From: Actinomycetes bacterium
Lineage (GTDB): Bacteria; Actinomycetota; Acidimicrobiia; Acidimicrobiales; JABEUL01
Assembly: GCA_021790815.1 (NCBI GenBank)
Contig: JAJYFT010000001.1
Span: forward strand, 27,777-91,776
Direction: 5' to 3'
Length of the DNA stretch: 64,000 nt
Shown here: piece after piece, positions 37,871-47,519 of the stretch
How positions within the stretch are numbered: the first letter of the stretch is position 1
How the letters are laid out: each line of letters begins with the position of its first letter
Program-made: the position numbers and the translations under genes
The notes under the pieces: generated by a model
What the model was told of the DNA's origin: nothing
What the model saw: the letters and a program-made list of their open reading frames with translations, nothing else
Databases searched by the model: none

Positions 37871-40302
37871 GTTTTCATTTCTAACTTAACTAAACCTAAC
37901 TTTGAATCTATTTCGTCTCTTTCGGGACAAAAGCTTCCGCCTAGATGCTCTGTAGATAATGATGCTGCAACGTTTGCCACCATAATTGCACGATCAATCG
38001 AATCCCCTTTTGAAAGTGCAGCTAAAAGCGCACCTGTATGAATGTCGCCTGCGCCTGTTGTGTCTACCACAACACTCGTTATTGTCTTTACATGAAACAC
38101 TTTCCCAGAACTGTCGTTATAGTAACATCCGTCATCCCCATGTCTTAATACCACTAGACCATCTTTCTTAATAAACCCAGAAAGTGTTTTTACTTGGTCA
38201 AATGGATCGTCTTGCCCAGTTAGGATATTCGCCTCAGTTTCATTCAGAGTCAGAATGTCAGTATGCTTAAGTGCTTTCCTCAACTCTTCTGTTCCAGGTG
38301 AGATAGGGCCTGGATCAATTACTATCGTACGGTCAATCGAATTATCTTCAATGAAGGATTTAATAGTAGGACCGCTAACGTCATAGAGTAGGTCGTAACC
38401 TGACACATATATAAAGTCTCCACTTCTGACGTGAACTTTCTCCAAGTCACTAGCCAACAGTTTCGATTCAATCCCAGGAGAAGTTATAAAAGTCTTTTCC
38501 CCATCTTTTTCTACAATACCAACGGTAAAACCTGAATCACCTTGTTTCGAAATACCAAGTGGTGCTTCGACCCCTTTAAATTCAAGATCTCGTGCTACAG
38601 TAAGCCCGAAAGGTCCATTCCCAACGTTACCTACGTACTGACTCTTTAGGCCCAACTTACTAGCAGCAGATAGAACGTTGTAGCCACCCCCAGATGATAT
38701 CTGCTTTCCTGTTGCGAATATATCTTTCCCTCTTACTGGCAGCGTGTCAGAATAAAGCAAAACATCTACCAAAATCGATCCCACTACCAACAACCTTGAT
38801 GGGGTGTCTATTTCATTACGCACTTTGCTTCTAAGATATTTTTCAACAGCTTCACTTGCGCCAACTTCACTTGCGCCGACTTCACTCAGGCCAGTCTCTT
38901 CTAGTTGCCTAATTAAAGTATCTGAATTAAAATGCGTTTTTCTCTTTATGATCAAAGACATCACAATATAGACGAAAGAGGAAATTAGAAATGCCACTAC
39001 GAAACCAAAACTTCCACTTCCTATAAATCCTACTGCTAAAGGTCCTTTAAACCAGGGGCACGTAGTCGCAAGAAGTCCAATACTTGAGCCCACAAAAAGT
39101 GCAGCTAGCCCACTCATATTTGCATGGAAGAGATCAGATGAATTCGATAACATATATTGTGTCGTTCGTTTCAAATATCTCTTCAATAAGTAGTCAGCAA
39201 TTACAACTCCACCAAACGCAGCTAGAAAGGCTGCCAAAAGAAGCAGGAAATTTTCAAAATCTTGCGTAATGGATGAACTCACAAATATTAAATAACTCGA
39301 AACTCCAAGTACGATTGCTGCATCAACAAATACAGTGAAAGTTCTTTTAATCGGAACCCTTAAAGCAAGAAGATTAAGTCCCGATGAGTAGCAAGCTAGA
39401 TCAGTTTCTAATATCATGCCTCCGCATGCAGATAGAAATAAAGGTACTGCAAAAAGTAGCGGAACCCCTACCCCTAAAACCGCTACTGGGTTCAAGGTTG
39501 CATCAAGACTGCCGTACTTAGAACTCAATAAATATCCTGCGAGAACTAGAACACTCACAGGGACTGATGATGCAACTACAACTGAAGTAAAGAGTTTCTT
39601 TGAACTTAAACTGCGTGGAAGATACCTGCTGTAGTCGCCAGCTAAATTGATCCAGCTAATTCCCGTTCCAGCCGCAATGATACTTATTGCAATTAATACA
39701 TCATTGAAACTTGATGGCTTAGCATTAGGCAACGAAGTATGTTTTATGAGAATGTAAACAACTACCAACACAGTAAGTAATCCAAAAATATAAGATGCAA
39801 CTTTTTGAAACTTTAAAATTACCCTGTGACCGAAATACCCTAATGCCAACGAAACAGATACTACGACTATTACGCAGATTATTTCACTTGTCTTACTGAC
39901 AGGAATCTTAAATATATCGTTTAAGAGTGCAGATAGCGACCATGCAGCAAGAACTGTTGTGATAGCCTCCCAGCCAAGAATGTTCACCCAACTAACAATT
40001 GTTGGAACAAAGTTTCCCGACTTACCGAACGCAACCTTTGAAGATGTGAGAGTTGGCAAGCCAGAGTTCTTCCCAATGACAGAGACCATCCCAACTAAAA
40101 TGAATGACCCAAACGATCCAATTACTGTAGCTGCGATTGCCTGGGAAAGATTTAGTCCAAGTTGAGCGATTATTACGCCAAAAACTAGTGAAAGTATCCC
40201 AATATTTGCCCCAAACCAAACCCACGCCACAGAACTAATGTTCCCAGCTCTCTCGCTATCTTCTACTATCTCTATACCTTTTATCTCTTTAATCATGGAC
40301 AA
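37867..40302 (-). CDS. fusion protein: NCS1 (purine-cytosine/vitamin permease-like) transporter + PfkB/ribokinase-family kinase
   Basis: 811 aa. Residues ~1-455 are polytopic (about 12 TM, NCS1/CodB-like start ...VAWVWFGANIGILSL). A linker holds SEVGASEVGASE. The C-terminal ~320 aa has PfkB motifs SSGGGYNVLSAASKLG and DTTGAGDIHTGALLAAL. Confidence 0.75.
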   Translation of the reverse strand: MSMIKEIKGIEIVEDSERAGNISSVAWVWFGANIGILSLVFGVIIAQLGLNLSQAIAATVIGSFGSFILVGMVSVIGKNSGLPTLTSSKVAFGKSGNFVPTIVSWVNILGWEAITTVLAAWSLSALLNDIFKIPVSKTSEIICVIVVVSVSLALGYFGHRVILKFQKVASYIFGLLTVLVVVYILIKHTSLPNAKPSSFNDVLIAISIIAAGTGISWINLAGDYSRYLPRSLSSKKLFTSVVVASSVPVSVLVLAGYLLSSKYGSLDATLNPVAVLGVGVPLLFAVPLFLSACGGMILETDLACYSSGLNLLALRVPIKRTFTVFVDAAIVLGVSSYLIFVSSSITQDFENFLLLLAAFLAAFGGVVIADYLLKRYLKRTTQYMLSNSSDLFHANMSGLAALFVGSSIGLLATTCPWFKGPLAVGFIGSGSFGFVVAFLISSFVYIVMSLIIKRKTHFNSDTLIRQLEETGLSEVGASEVGASEAVEKYLRSKVRNEIDTPSRLLVVGSILVDVLLYSDTLPVRGKDIFATGKQISSGGGYNVLSAASKLGLKSQYVGNVGNGPFGLTVARDLEFKGVEAPLGISKQGDSGFTVGIVEKDGEKTFITSPGIESKLLASDLEKVHVRSGDFIYVSGYDLLYDVSGPTIKSFIEDNSIDRTIVIDPGPISPGTEELRKALKHTDILTLNETEANILTGQDDPFDQVKTLSGFIKKDGLVVLRHGDDGCYYNDSSGKVFHVKTITSVVVDTTGAGDIHTGALLAALSKGDSIDRAIMVANVAASLSTEHLGGSFCPERDEIDSKLGLVKLEMKT
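38851..38890. repeat. 15-bp in-frame tandem repeat in the inter-domain linker
   Basis: TTCACTTGCGCCAAC / TTCACTTGCGCCGAC / TTCACTCAGG... encodes (SEVGA)x2 SE on the minus strand. Confidence 0.8.
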
Positions 40303-40331
40303 AGTCTACCTAAGTTTAACGAACTCTTTTA

Positions 40332-41519
40332 TCAAACTTCATCCAATATATAAAGCATCCCATTTGGATCTGACGCAGCAAGCGCGCCTGTTACTAAATG
40401 ATTTCCAACGTAGTTTGAACTATCACTCTGCGGAATAGCTAAAGATGGCGAGTAAGCTAAAATCATCGCCTGATCTAGAAACTCCCATAACGCGTCAATT
40501 ATTTCATTCGTATCTGGATCCGCAGGGTTAAGGTTCATATTTGGTAAAGGAATTCCAGTTGCTTCATCTAAGAACCAAGTCGGATGAGAAGCTAACATGG
40601 GTCCAGATTCCGCCATTCCATAGAGTGTGAGCGCTTGGCCAACGAATCCTGAAATCTCTCTTCTTAAATCAGGAGAGAATACTCCTTCAACTCCAATTAC
40701 CGCTGTTTTGAACGTTGATGGTCTTCCCTTTCGCCCTAGTGACAGGATATGTGATTCCGCCGTTTCAATCGGGAGAATCAACCAACCTAAAGATGGATCT
40801 TTGAAGTTCTCAACAAAGTGATCTTGAGTATCACTAAGTGTGTAGACACTCTTTGAATACAAAGCTGACACCAACGAAGTAAAACCCTGCCACGTGCCGG
40901 GAGAATAAGTACTAAGCCAGCCACTTCCTTCGCTTTGAGAGAAAAATGCTGCAAATGAAAGTCCTGAAGCAAGCAGCGATCTATTTGAATGCCAAGCATC
41001 TCCAAACTTGCCACTAAAACAGATATGCGGGAACCTGAGTTTTCCAATATTGATTAACCCGTCCTCACTGCTTTGACTTTCATTACCCACAATTTCATCC
41101 AGGCTCACAACTTTTCCTGCATCAAACCCTGACCCTAACGAACCTAGATCGTCAGTTAAAACTAGAGAGGGATTAATCTGGTTAGCTTTATAAGCCTCGT
41201 TCTTAGGGTAGAGATAGACATTACAGTTCGACTCTACTGCTCCTAGAGCAAGGATCGCACCCTGAGGAGTTGCACCGATTACAATTGCAACTTTTCCGTT
41301 TTCACTTGCTGCCGAGTTTATATAACATTTGACTTTTTCGACGAGATCCCGGACCTCTTTATACGTATAATTGACGCCTTGACCTCGTAGTGCAATCTGA
41401 TCACTATTTATCCATCTATCAACACCAAGTTCAATAATTGAATAAGGTGGAACTCCGATAACTCGACTAAGTCCTTCCGGCCAATACCAACTTGGGGTAG
41501 TAGCAATTGTTTTTGGCAT
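40332..41519 (-). CDS. ANL (acyl/aryl-CoA synthetase)-like N-domain protein with degenerate motifs, C-terminal subdomain absent
   Basis: 395 aa. YTYKEVRDLVEKV substrate-paragraph-like start. The P-loop position reads FSGKFGDAWHS instead of SGTTGxPKG. LYGMAESGP stands for YGxTE. The protein ends ...TGALAASDPNGMLYILDEV, where the hinge and C-domain would begin. Confidence 0.55.
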   Translation of the reverse strand: MPKTIATTPSWYWPEGLSRVIGVPPYSIIELGVDRWINSDQIALRGQGVNYTYKEVRDLVEKVKCYINSAASENGKVAIVIGATPQGAILALGAVESNCNVYLYPKNEAYKANQINPSLVLTDDLGSLGSGFDAGKVVSLDEIVGNESQSSEDGLINIGKLRFPHICFSGKFGDAWHSNRSLLASGLSFAAFFSQSEGSGWLSTYSPGTWQGFTSLVSALYSKSVYTLSDTQDHFVENFKDPSLGWLILPIETAESHILSLGRKGRPSTFKTAVIGVEGVFSPDLRREISGFVGQALTLYGMAESGPMLASHPTWFLDEATGIPLPNMNLNPADPDTNEIIDALWEFLDQAMILAYSPSLAIPQSDSSNYVGNHLVTGALAASDPNGMLYILDEV

Positions 41520-41530
41520 TTAATACCTCC

Positions 41531-42067
41531 TTATTTCGATATCGCTTGTGACCATGCAAGTGTAAATACTGCAATTAACGCAATACTCAATTCAGCTTTT
41601 AGCAACAGGTCCATTTTCTTGATGCTTTTGCGCCTTCTCAGTTTCATCTCTTCTAATGATAACTCTGCATCTTTTAACGAAGCTCTTTTATGAGAATTAG
41701 GATGAAGTTTCACACCCATTAGCATTACAACTACAACCAGACCTACCCAACAAACTGCACCAATTGCACCTTGAAGATAGGTAACTCCCTTTATGCCAAG
41801 ACTTCCAGAGCGAAAAAACTCATGGTCAGATAGGCCAAGCAAAATCCAGCTAATCCCAATAACACTCAAACTAGATAAAGCAACCCACTTATACTTCTCA
41901 CCCATCTTTTCACACAAAACAGCTGTTTGCTGTGGAGCTAATCCCTTTTGAAGAGGTTTCCAAACTATTGCCATAATAAGTGCACCGCCAATGTAAATAG
42001 CCCAAGAGGCGCTAAAAAGAAAATTAAATATAGTTTGAGCGCTACTGGATATTGCTATAACTTTCAC
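41531..42067 (-). CDS. 4-TM membrane protein, paralog B (CopD/DUF-like)
   Basis: 178 aa. Same topology and GG-containing first helix (SASWAIYIGGALIMA) as the upstream paralog, but without the His. Basic amphipathic insert before the last TM. Confidence 0.55.
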   Translation of the reverse strand: MKVIAISSSAQTIFNFLFSASWAIYIGGALIMAIVWKPLQKGLAPQQTAVLCEKMGEKYKWVALSSLSVIGISWILLGLSDHEFFRSGSLGIKGVTYLQGAIGAVCWVGLVVVVMLMGVKLHPNSHKRASLKDAELSLEEMKLRRRKSIKKMDLLLKAELSIALIAVFTLAWSQAISK

Positions 42068-42600
42068 TAAAGTATACCGTTTCCGTAAACCATTGAGGCA
42101 CCGAGCAGTACAATAAACAGAGCAACTCCAAGATCTATTCTTGTAATTAGCGACACTTTTTTAGCAGCCTGGATTTGTGCTTCTAAGTTTGCCTGAACGC
42201 CTGCCCCTCCTCCTTTAGAAGAAGCCTTCTGATTTAGTCTCGGCCTATATATAAATGTAATAATTGCACCATTTATAACCAATACCAACCATAAAAACAT
42301 CATTGCAAACAGTGTTCTACCATAGGTTGTCGTAAAAAATTGTGTCCCACTAACTACACTCTGATCCTGGATACCAAAAAACAGTAGCATGCCACTTATG
42401 GGGAATACAACAAGTGCACTCCAAACTAAAATCAAAAATTTATCAGCTGATTTTTGACCTATTACTTGCGCCTGGGCAGGAGGAATAAACTTTTGTGCTG
42501 GGCCCATTATGAACTCCATGGCAACCGATCCTCCCAGATACACTGCAACTGCTAAAAGGTGCAAATAGGAAGCCACAATTCTAATCCAAGTCGCTGTCAT
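42067..42600 (-). CDS. 4-TM membrane protein, paralog A (CopD/DUF-like, His in TM1)
   Basis: 177 aa. First helix IVASYLHLLAVAVYLGGSVAM resembles CopD/HemJ-type helices. Its stop overlaps the start of paralog B. Confidence 0.55.
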   Translation of the reverse strand: MTATWIRIVASYLHLLAVAVYLGGSVAMEFIMGPAQKFIPPAQAQVIGQKSADKFLILVWSALVVFPISGMLLFFGIQDQSVVSGTQFFTTTYGRTLFAMMFLWLVLVINGAIITFIYRPRLNQKASSKGGGAGVQANLEAQIQAAKKVSLITRIDLGVALFIVLLGASMVYGNGIL

Positions 42601-42609
42601 AATTATTTT

Positions 42610-44088
42610 CTATCCTTTCTTATAGGGATCAACACTTCCTTCGTGGAAGTCATTAAAGTGGCTTAGAATCTGCGGTGTAATTGCGTAGCCGTCTCCATTT
42701 TCTGTGTAGTACTGACGATAAAAATCAACATCAATGTGATGCACTTGAGCTGAAATTTTTGCTCTGACAGGGTTTATATGTGAAGGTGCACAGCCATACT
42801 TATTAACTATGTATTCGACCGTTTTTGTAGCAGCCTCAATTGCCCAATCTGAGACGTATGACTTAGGATTTTTTAGTATTTCTTCTAAAACATCTTTTTT
42901 GTACGGACCGCCAACGTGATCCAAAAAGTTGTCTTCCCTTGAGAATGCTGACCCTTTCTTGTTCTTAAGGTCCACTACATATTCAACTGCTGACCGTGCA
43001 TCTTTGAACTTAGTGCAAGGCACCATGACTGATTCTTTAAAACCTTCTAAACCTTGACAAGTTTGAGTGGTCGAAGGATTGGTCTTTGGGTCCCTAGTCA
43101 AAAATGAAAAACCTAAGCCTTGAGTAATCTCTGGATAGGCACCGAGAACTAAATCATCTGCATAGCTTCCCGTCATCCAAGCTCCTAGCCCAAGTGCTTC
43201 AGAGGCAAGGCGAATATTTTGAACTATCGCGCCAACTTGACCAGCGTGAAGCATAAGTGCAAGTTCGTCAAACGCTGGGATTGGAAATCCAACCTCTAAA
43301 AACCCTGGCTTAATCCATTCTTGACAACCTGCAGGTTCATTGGTGTCAGGATCCAAAAGGTAAAATCCAGACCATTCGTAAGAGATTAAAAGTTGGTTGA
43401 ACCACTCAACCCCAACATCACCAATAGGCAAGAACCATGTACTTCCAGGCCGATTTAGATTATACTGACCAGGACCAGTTGCATTTACTATCTTGGTTCC
43501 TTCGGGCGATGAAGGCCAGCTAATTTTTGGTCGTTCTTTTGAAACTACAACTTTGCCAGAGCGGTAGTAATCAAGAATCTTATGAAAATCCTCTTCACCT
43601 TTTATCTCAACAAGACTTAAATCTTCGCTTGGAGGACGATAGATTGACACACCGTCATCATTTATTATAAATAGTTCAACACTCAAATCATTCGAAGAGG
43701 ATGGAACTGTTCGTCCAACGTACGATAAAAGACCTGAAAGTGCTCCATTAACAGGAATATCACCGAGTATTAGCCCATTAGGCCCTAGCGCAGCCCAACA
43801 AATTAAAGCCTCCTCAAGTTCACTTAAGGGTACTGGTTCTCTAGTCGAAACATAGTTAAGCGGACCTTTTGCCTGCGTTGCAGGTTTTTCACTTGACCAT
43901 TCGAAGTTCTCTTGCTCTCCTGACTCAATTTGATAACCTAGCCCGACTCGACGAGTTCTAAGAGTAGTAAGTAGATTGAAAAAACTACCAGTTCCATTAA
44001 ACGCTTTCTTAATCTGGCTAAGTTGAGACTCTGTTATCTCATCAGAGACACTGTCATTTGATAACGAGTCTTTTTTCTTGAAAATCAT
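42610..44088 (-). CDS. large nitroreductase-superfamily (SagB/ThcOx-like) flavoprotein
   Basis: 492 aa. LRTRRVG ... PLSELEEALICWAALGPNG and HAGQVGAIVQNIRLASEALGLGAWMTG fit nitroreductase-fold signatures. Its start overlaps the stop of alpha-3. Confidence 0.55.
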   Translation of the reverse strand: MIFKKKDSLSNDSVSDEITESQLSQIKKAFNGTGSFFNLLTTLRTRRVGLGYQIESGEQENFEWSSEKPATQAKGPLNYVSTREPVPLSELEEALICWAALGPNGLILGDIPVNGALSGLLSYVGRTVPSSSNDLSVELFIINDDGVSIYRPPSEDLSLVEIKGEEDFHKILDYYRSGKVVVSKERPKISWPSSPEGTKIVNATGPGQYNLNRPGSTWFLPIGDVGVEWFNQLLISYEWSGFYLLDPDTNEPAGCQEWIKPGFLEVGFPIPAFDELALMLHAGQVGAIVQNIRLASEALGLGAWMTGSYADDLVLGAYPEITQGLGFSFLTRDPKTNPSTTQTCQGLEGFKESVMVPCTKFKDARSAVEYVVDLKNKKGSAFSREDNFLDHVGGPYKKDVLEEILKNPKSYVSDWAIEAATKTVEYIVNKYGCAPSHINPVRAKISAQVHHIDVDFYRQYYTENGDGYAITPQILSHFNDFHEGSVDPYKKG

Positions 44089-46838
44089 CAGGCTTCCTCT
44101 CTAACTTTTTCAATACTTACCGCAATTGCCCTGTCGACAGGGACAGGCTGCCATCCAAATGGCAAATAACGTAGATGACCGTACTTGCCAACTAAGTGAA
44201 GCCATTTCACCATCCCTGGTTCAACTTCATTTGCGCCTTGCCAGTCTTTAAAAGCATGCGGCTCAAATCCATTGTAGACAATTAATTGCTTGGGTCTAAC
44301 CCTAGCTGAAACTCGAACAACTCCTTTAAATCCACCGTGATCATTAAATACCCTAGCCTCGTCGGTATCTCCAATCCCGCAAGCTTTCGCATCACTTACA
44401 CTCATTACTATGATTGGCTGGCCTCTGTGAGTTCCGAGTAAGTCTTTATTCCCCATGCTGACTGCGTGGACAGTCCAACGGGAGTGTCCACTCGTTAGAA
44501 CAAAATCTCCAGTTCCCCCCATGGAAGGATTTTCTTTGTGTCTTGGCAGGTGTTCGTCAGCGTCAATAAACCACTGGTGGTCAATGTAAAACTGGGCTCT
44601 TCTTGTAAGAGTTGGGAATGGAAGTAGCTTTTCAGTATGCCAGGTGAATGCAGTCATTACCTTATCTTTTTTAACGTCAGTTGCAACAGCTAGTCCTGGA
44701 GCGAACATCCCAAGAGAAGTGAATCGAAGACCGCCAACACTTTTAAGCGTTTCAATAGAGCTACCAATTGGCAAAGTTCCTGCATCTGCTGAATCACGAA
44801 TCCATTCGTCGATTATTGCTTCTTCATTTGAAAATGCACCATCTAAATCAAACTGTTCTCTTAGATTATCTAAACGCCTCTCTTGTCGACGTCCATCCAT
44901 AAACTCTACGACACCTTTTTCTTTAGCAATTTTGCTTACCCTTTCACAAAGCAGAGTAAATATTTCCCACTCCGTTTTTGATTCACCTCTCGGTTTTACT
45001 GCTTCTTCACTGTATTGGACTCTTAAGGTATGCGTTATTGGGTACTGTACATTAGGTCTTTCATACTGCATCGCGGCAGGCAAGACAATGTCTGCATTTA
45101 GTGCAGTTGAAGACATTCTGATATCAATTGCAACTATTTTCTCAAGCTTAGGCCAGAGCTTTTCGATTAATATTTTTCTTCCTCCACGAGCTCTTCTGAT
45201 TGGATTTGTCCCAACTGCAAAGAATAGCTTGGGTGGATTATTAGACTGGGGCCGTGAAATTCCTCCCCACCAACCTCGCCTGATCGCGTCATCAAAGTAA
45301 GCACTAAACGGCTTTGTCATTGCAGGATCTGACCAAGATTGGTTGTTCCAAGAATCTTTGTACCCTGCGTGATAGTAGTTAAAAAAGAGCGGGGGTGAGG
45401 AAGTACCCTTTGTTGTTGAAAGCTGAAGCATCTGATTACCAAGCATTTCGTCAGTTGCATCTGGTTCCTTCTGTCTCATCTGATCCATCCCCATGTCTAT
45501 GCCATCCAACAATCTTGCAGTCTCTTCGACACCCTTTTTCGTCTTCATTGAAAACAGCATGTAACCATCTAGTCCCGCTAGTGCGAGACCTTGGATGCCC
45601 GTACCAGGTTTGCCCCAGTTTCCACTTAGGCCTAGTATCAAACACATTGCCCTCTCCATAAGGTCGCCGTGGTAGTACTTGGGAGCATTAAATCCCTCAA
45701 GTATTTTTGTCTTGCTCGTCGAAACCATATTAGCTAGCGTTCTGATGGAATCCGGTGAGACTCCACAGATCTTAGAAGCCATTTCAGGTGAGTAATCAGC
45801 TACTCGTCTTCTTAAAGAATCAAATACAGTCTCAACTTCAACCTCTTTGCCATCTTGAAGTTTTACTGAAGAAATTGCTGAAAGTTCAGGAACTATGTCA
45901 CCTAGATTGAGCGTAGCTTTTGGAGCTAAAACTAATTCCTTATCTTTATTCATGAAGTAAAACTGCTCTTCACTGCCGCCCTTAACGACATCACGTTCTC
46001 TTAAAAATCTATCTGTATCTTTACGGATCAGGAGTGGTAGGTCAGTTTGGGTTAAAACAAATGATTTGTCAAACTTTTCTTCCTCAATTAGAACGTAAGC
46101 GATAGATAGAGCTAGTGCAGCATCAGTTCCAGGAGTAATCGGAAAGTAAAAATCAGAGTTCACTGCAGATGCATTGAAATCAGGCGCAATTGTCACGACT
46201 CTTGCACCATTATATCTTGCCTCAGTAATAAAGTGATGATAAGGGATCGACGTATAAGCTGGATTTGAATGCCAAAGCAAAAGCAGATCTGATTTAAAAG
46301 TATCATCAACTGTACTAGCACATGCAAACTTTCCAAAGGTGATGTGATGACCAATTGGAAGGTCATTTACTAGCCCTTGAGCATCTAAGGTTATTGCACC
46401 GATTAGAGAAGCAAATCGCAGAAAGGAAAGTTGGCCCATCAACCCACCTTCAACACTTTCCTCAAAGACTATTGATTCTGGACCATATTCGTCAATTGTT
46501 TCTACTATTGAAGTTGCAATTTCGTCAAGTGCTTCATCCCAAGTGATCCTTTCGAACGCACCATCGCCTCTTTCCTTTGTTCGGCGCAAGGGATAAAGAA
46601 CCCTATCTTCACTTTTTAGCTGTTGCGACCAAGCGCTTCCTTTTTGACAACCTAATGGATTTAGATCTGGAACGCCTTTCTCAATTAGATCAATCGAGCC
46701 GGACTGCTCTTCGAATAACACTTCACCGTTGCGAGTATACACACGATAAGAGCAATTTGCTAGACAGTTAAGACAGTGGGTTCCCCATGTAGTGCGGTCC
46801 CATGTCCACTTCGACCTATATTGATCGACACTTTCCAT
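44088..46838 (-). CDS. molybdopterin oxidoreductase catalytic subunit, NarG/EbdA-like, paralog alpha-3, no Tat signal
   Basis: 916 aa. HCLNCLANCSYRVYTRNGEVLFEEQSG ... LNPLGCQKG (H-x3-C-x3-C). Closest in motif style to alpha-1. The N-terminus MESVDQYRSKWTWDRT has no signal. Confidence 0.85.
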   Translation of the reverse strand: MESVDQYRSKWTWDRTTWGTHCLNCLANCSYRVYTRNGEVLFEEQSGSIDLIEKGVPDLNPLGCQKGSAWSQQLKSEDRVLYPLRRTKERGDGAFERITWDEALDEIATSIVETIDEYGPESIVFEESVEGGLMGQLSFLRFASLIGAITLDAQGLVNDLPIGHHITFGKFACASTVDDTFKSDLLLLWHSNPAYTSIPYHHFITEARYNGARVVTIAPDFNASAVNSDFYFPITPGTDAALALSIAYVLIEEEKFDKSFVLTQTDLPLLIRKDTDRFLRERDVVKGGSEEQFYFMNKDKELVLAPKATLNLGDIVPELSAISSVKLQDGKEVEVETVFDSLRRRVADYSPEMASKICGVSPDSIRTLANMVSTSKTKILEGFNAPKYYHGDLMERAMCLILGLSGNWGKPGTGIQGLALAGLDGYMLFSMKTKKGVEETARLLDGIDMGMDQMRQKEPDATDEMLGNQMLQLSTTKGTSSPPLFFNYYHAGYKDSWNNQSWSDPAMTKPFSAYFDDAIRRGWWGGISRPQSNNPPKLFFAVGTNPIRRARGGRKILIEKLWPKLEKIVAIDIRMSSTALNADIVLPAAMQYERPNVQYPITHTLRVQYSEEAVKPRGESKTEWEIFTLLCERVSKIAKEKGVVEFMDGRRQERRLDNLREQFDLDGAFSNEEAIIDEWIRDSADAGTLPIGSSIETLKSVGGLRFTSLGMFAPGLAVATDVKKDKVMTAFTWHTEKLLPFPTLTRRAQFYIDHQWFIDADEHLPRHKENPSMGGTGDFVLTSGHSRWTVHAVSMGNKDLLGTHRGQPIIVMSVSDAKACGIGDTDEARVFNDHGGFKGVVRVSARVRPKQLIVYNGFEPHAFKDWQGANEVEPGMVKWLHLVGKYGHLRYLPFGWQPVPVDRAIAVSIEKVREEA

Positions 46839-46851
46839 GTAAAACCTTTCA

Positions 46852-47508
46852 TTAGCCGAGAAGCGACGTTATATATTTAAAATCTGCTTCGACAAATGCA
46901 TTAAGTCTGGTAAGGCCCCAATTGAAGGGGTCAGCAGGATTAAGTGCGACTGCCTTGTCAACTATATTCGGTATTTTATTAACTAAATTCTGCTCTAAAA
47001 AGTCGCGCTGAGCTCGTCTGTAGGAACCTTTAAGTCTTGGAGAAGGAGACGCAGCTTCTTTAAAACACACGTACTGCATAAAATCAAGCGCAGTTGATAG
47101 ATGATCGAGTTTTTTGTCCTCTCCAACCCCTAAGCCAAAGTACTCATAGTCACGTTTTAGCTGTGCAATTACATTTTCATCATCACCAGCTAATAGAAGT
47201 GAGCCAGCACCTAATTCATCACCAAAAACTCTTACATACTCGCCCTTGTAGTCATCGAACGTTGAGCCTTCTTTGATAGAAGGAACACCAGTATCAAATT
47301 CAAAGGGTAGCAAAGAGGCTGACTCTTTCATCTCTTTATCAAGGTGATCATTGATTGCCTTGTCATACTGCTCCTGACACACTGGCTGGAAGAAACTTCC
47401 AAGAACCATATAAACTGCAGATCTTGCTGTAGTTTCGTTCTCTTCAACTTCAAGCGGACCACCGTCTTGAGTCTTAATCTCTAATCCTGATAGTGAAAAT
47501 GTAAACAT
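46852..47508 (-). CDS. TorD/NarJ/EbdD-like assembly chaperone (delta subunit)
   Basis: 218 aa. EYVRVFG and DHLSTALDFMQY match the family blocks (E..rLF, DHi..eLeFm..L). Position is after the beta subunit. Confidence 0.7.
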   Translation of the reverse strand: MFTFSLSGLEIKTQDGGPLEVEENETTARSAVYMVLGSFFQPVCQEQYDKAINDHLDKEMKESASLLPFEFDTGVPSIKEGSTFDDYKGEYVRVFGDELGAGSLLLAGDDENVIAQLKRDYEYFGLGVGEDKKLDHLSTALDFMQYVCFKEAASPSPRLKGSYRRAQRDFLEQNLVNKIPNIVDKAVALNPADPFNWGLTRLNAFVEADFKYITSLLG

Positions 47509-47519
47509 ATTCTCTCCTT

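Noticed and set aside
44644-45300. 218-aa plus-strand ORF, together with many other 60-125 aa ORFs antisense to large genes (e.g. 5336..5713, 7015..7374, 17550..17951, 62065..62403)
   Set aside because: They lie entirely inside long, motif-rich genes on the opposite strand. Their composition is Ser/Leu/Pro-rich and low-complexity, as expected for shadow frames. They have no start context or motifs.
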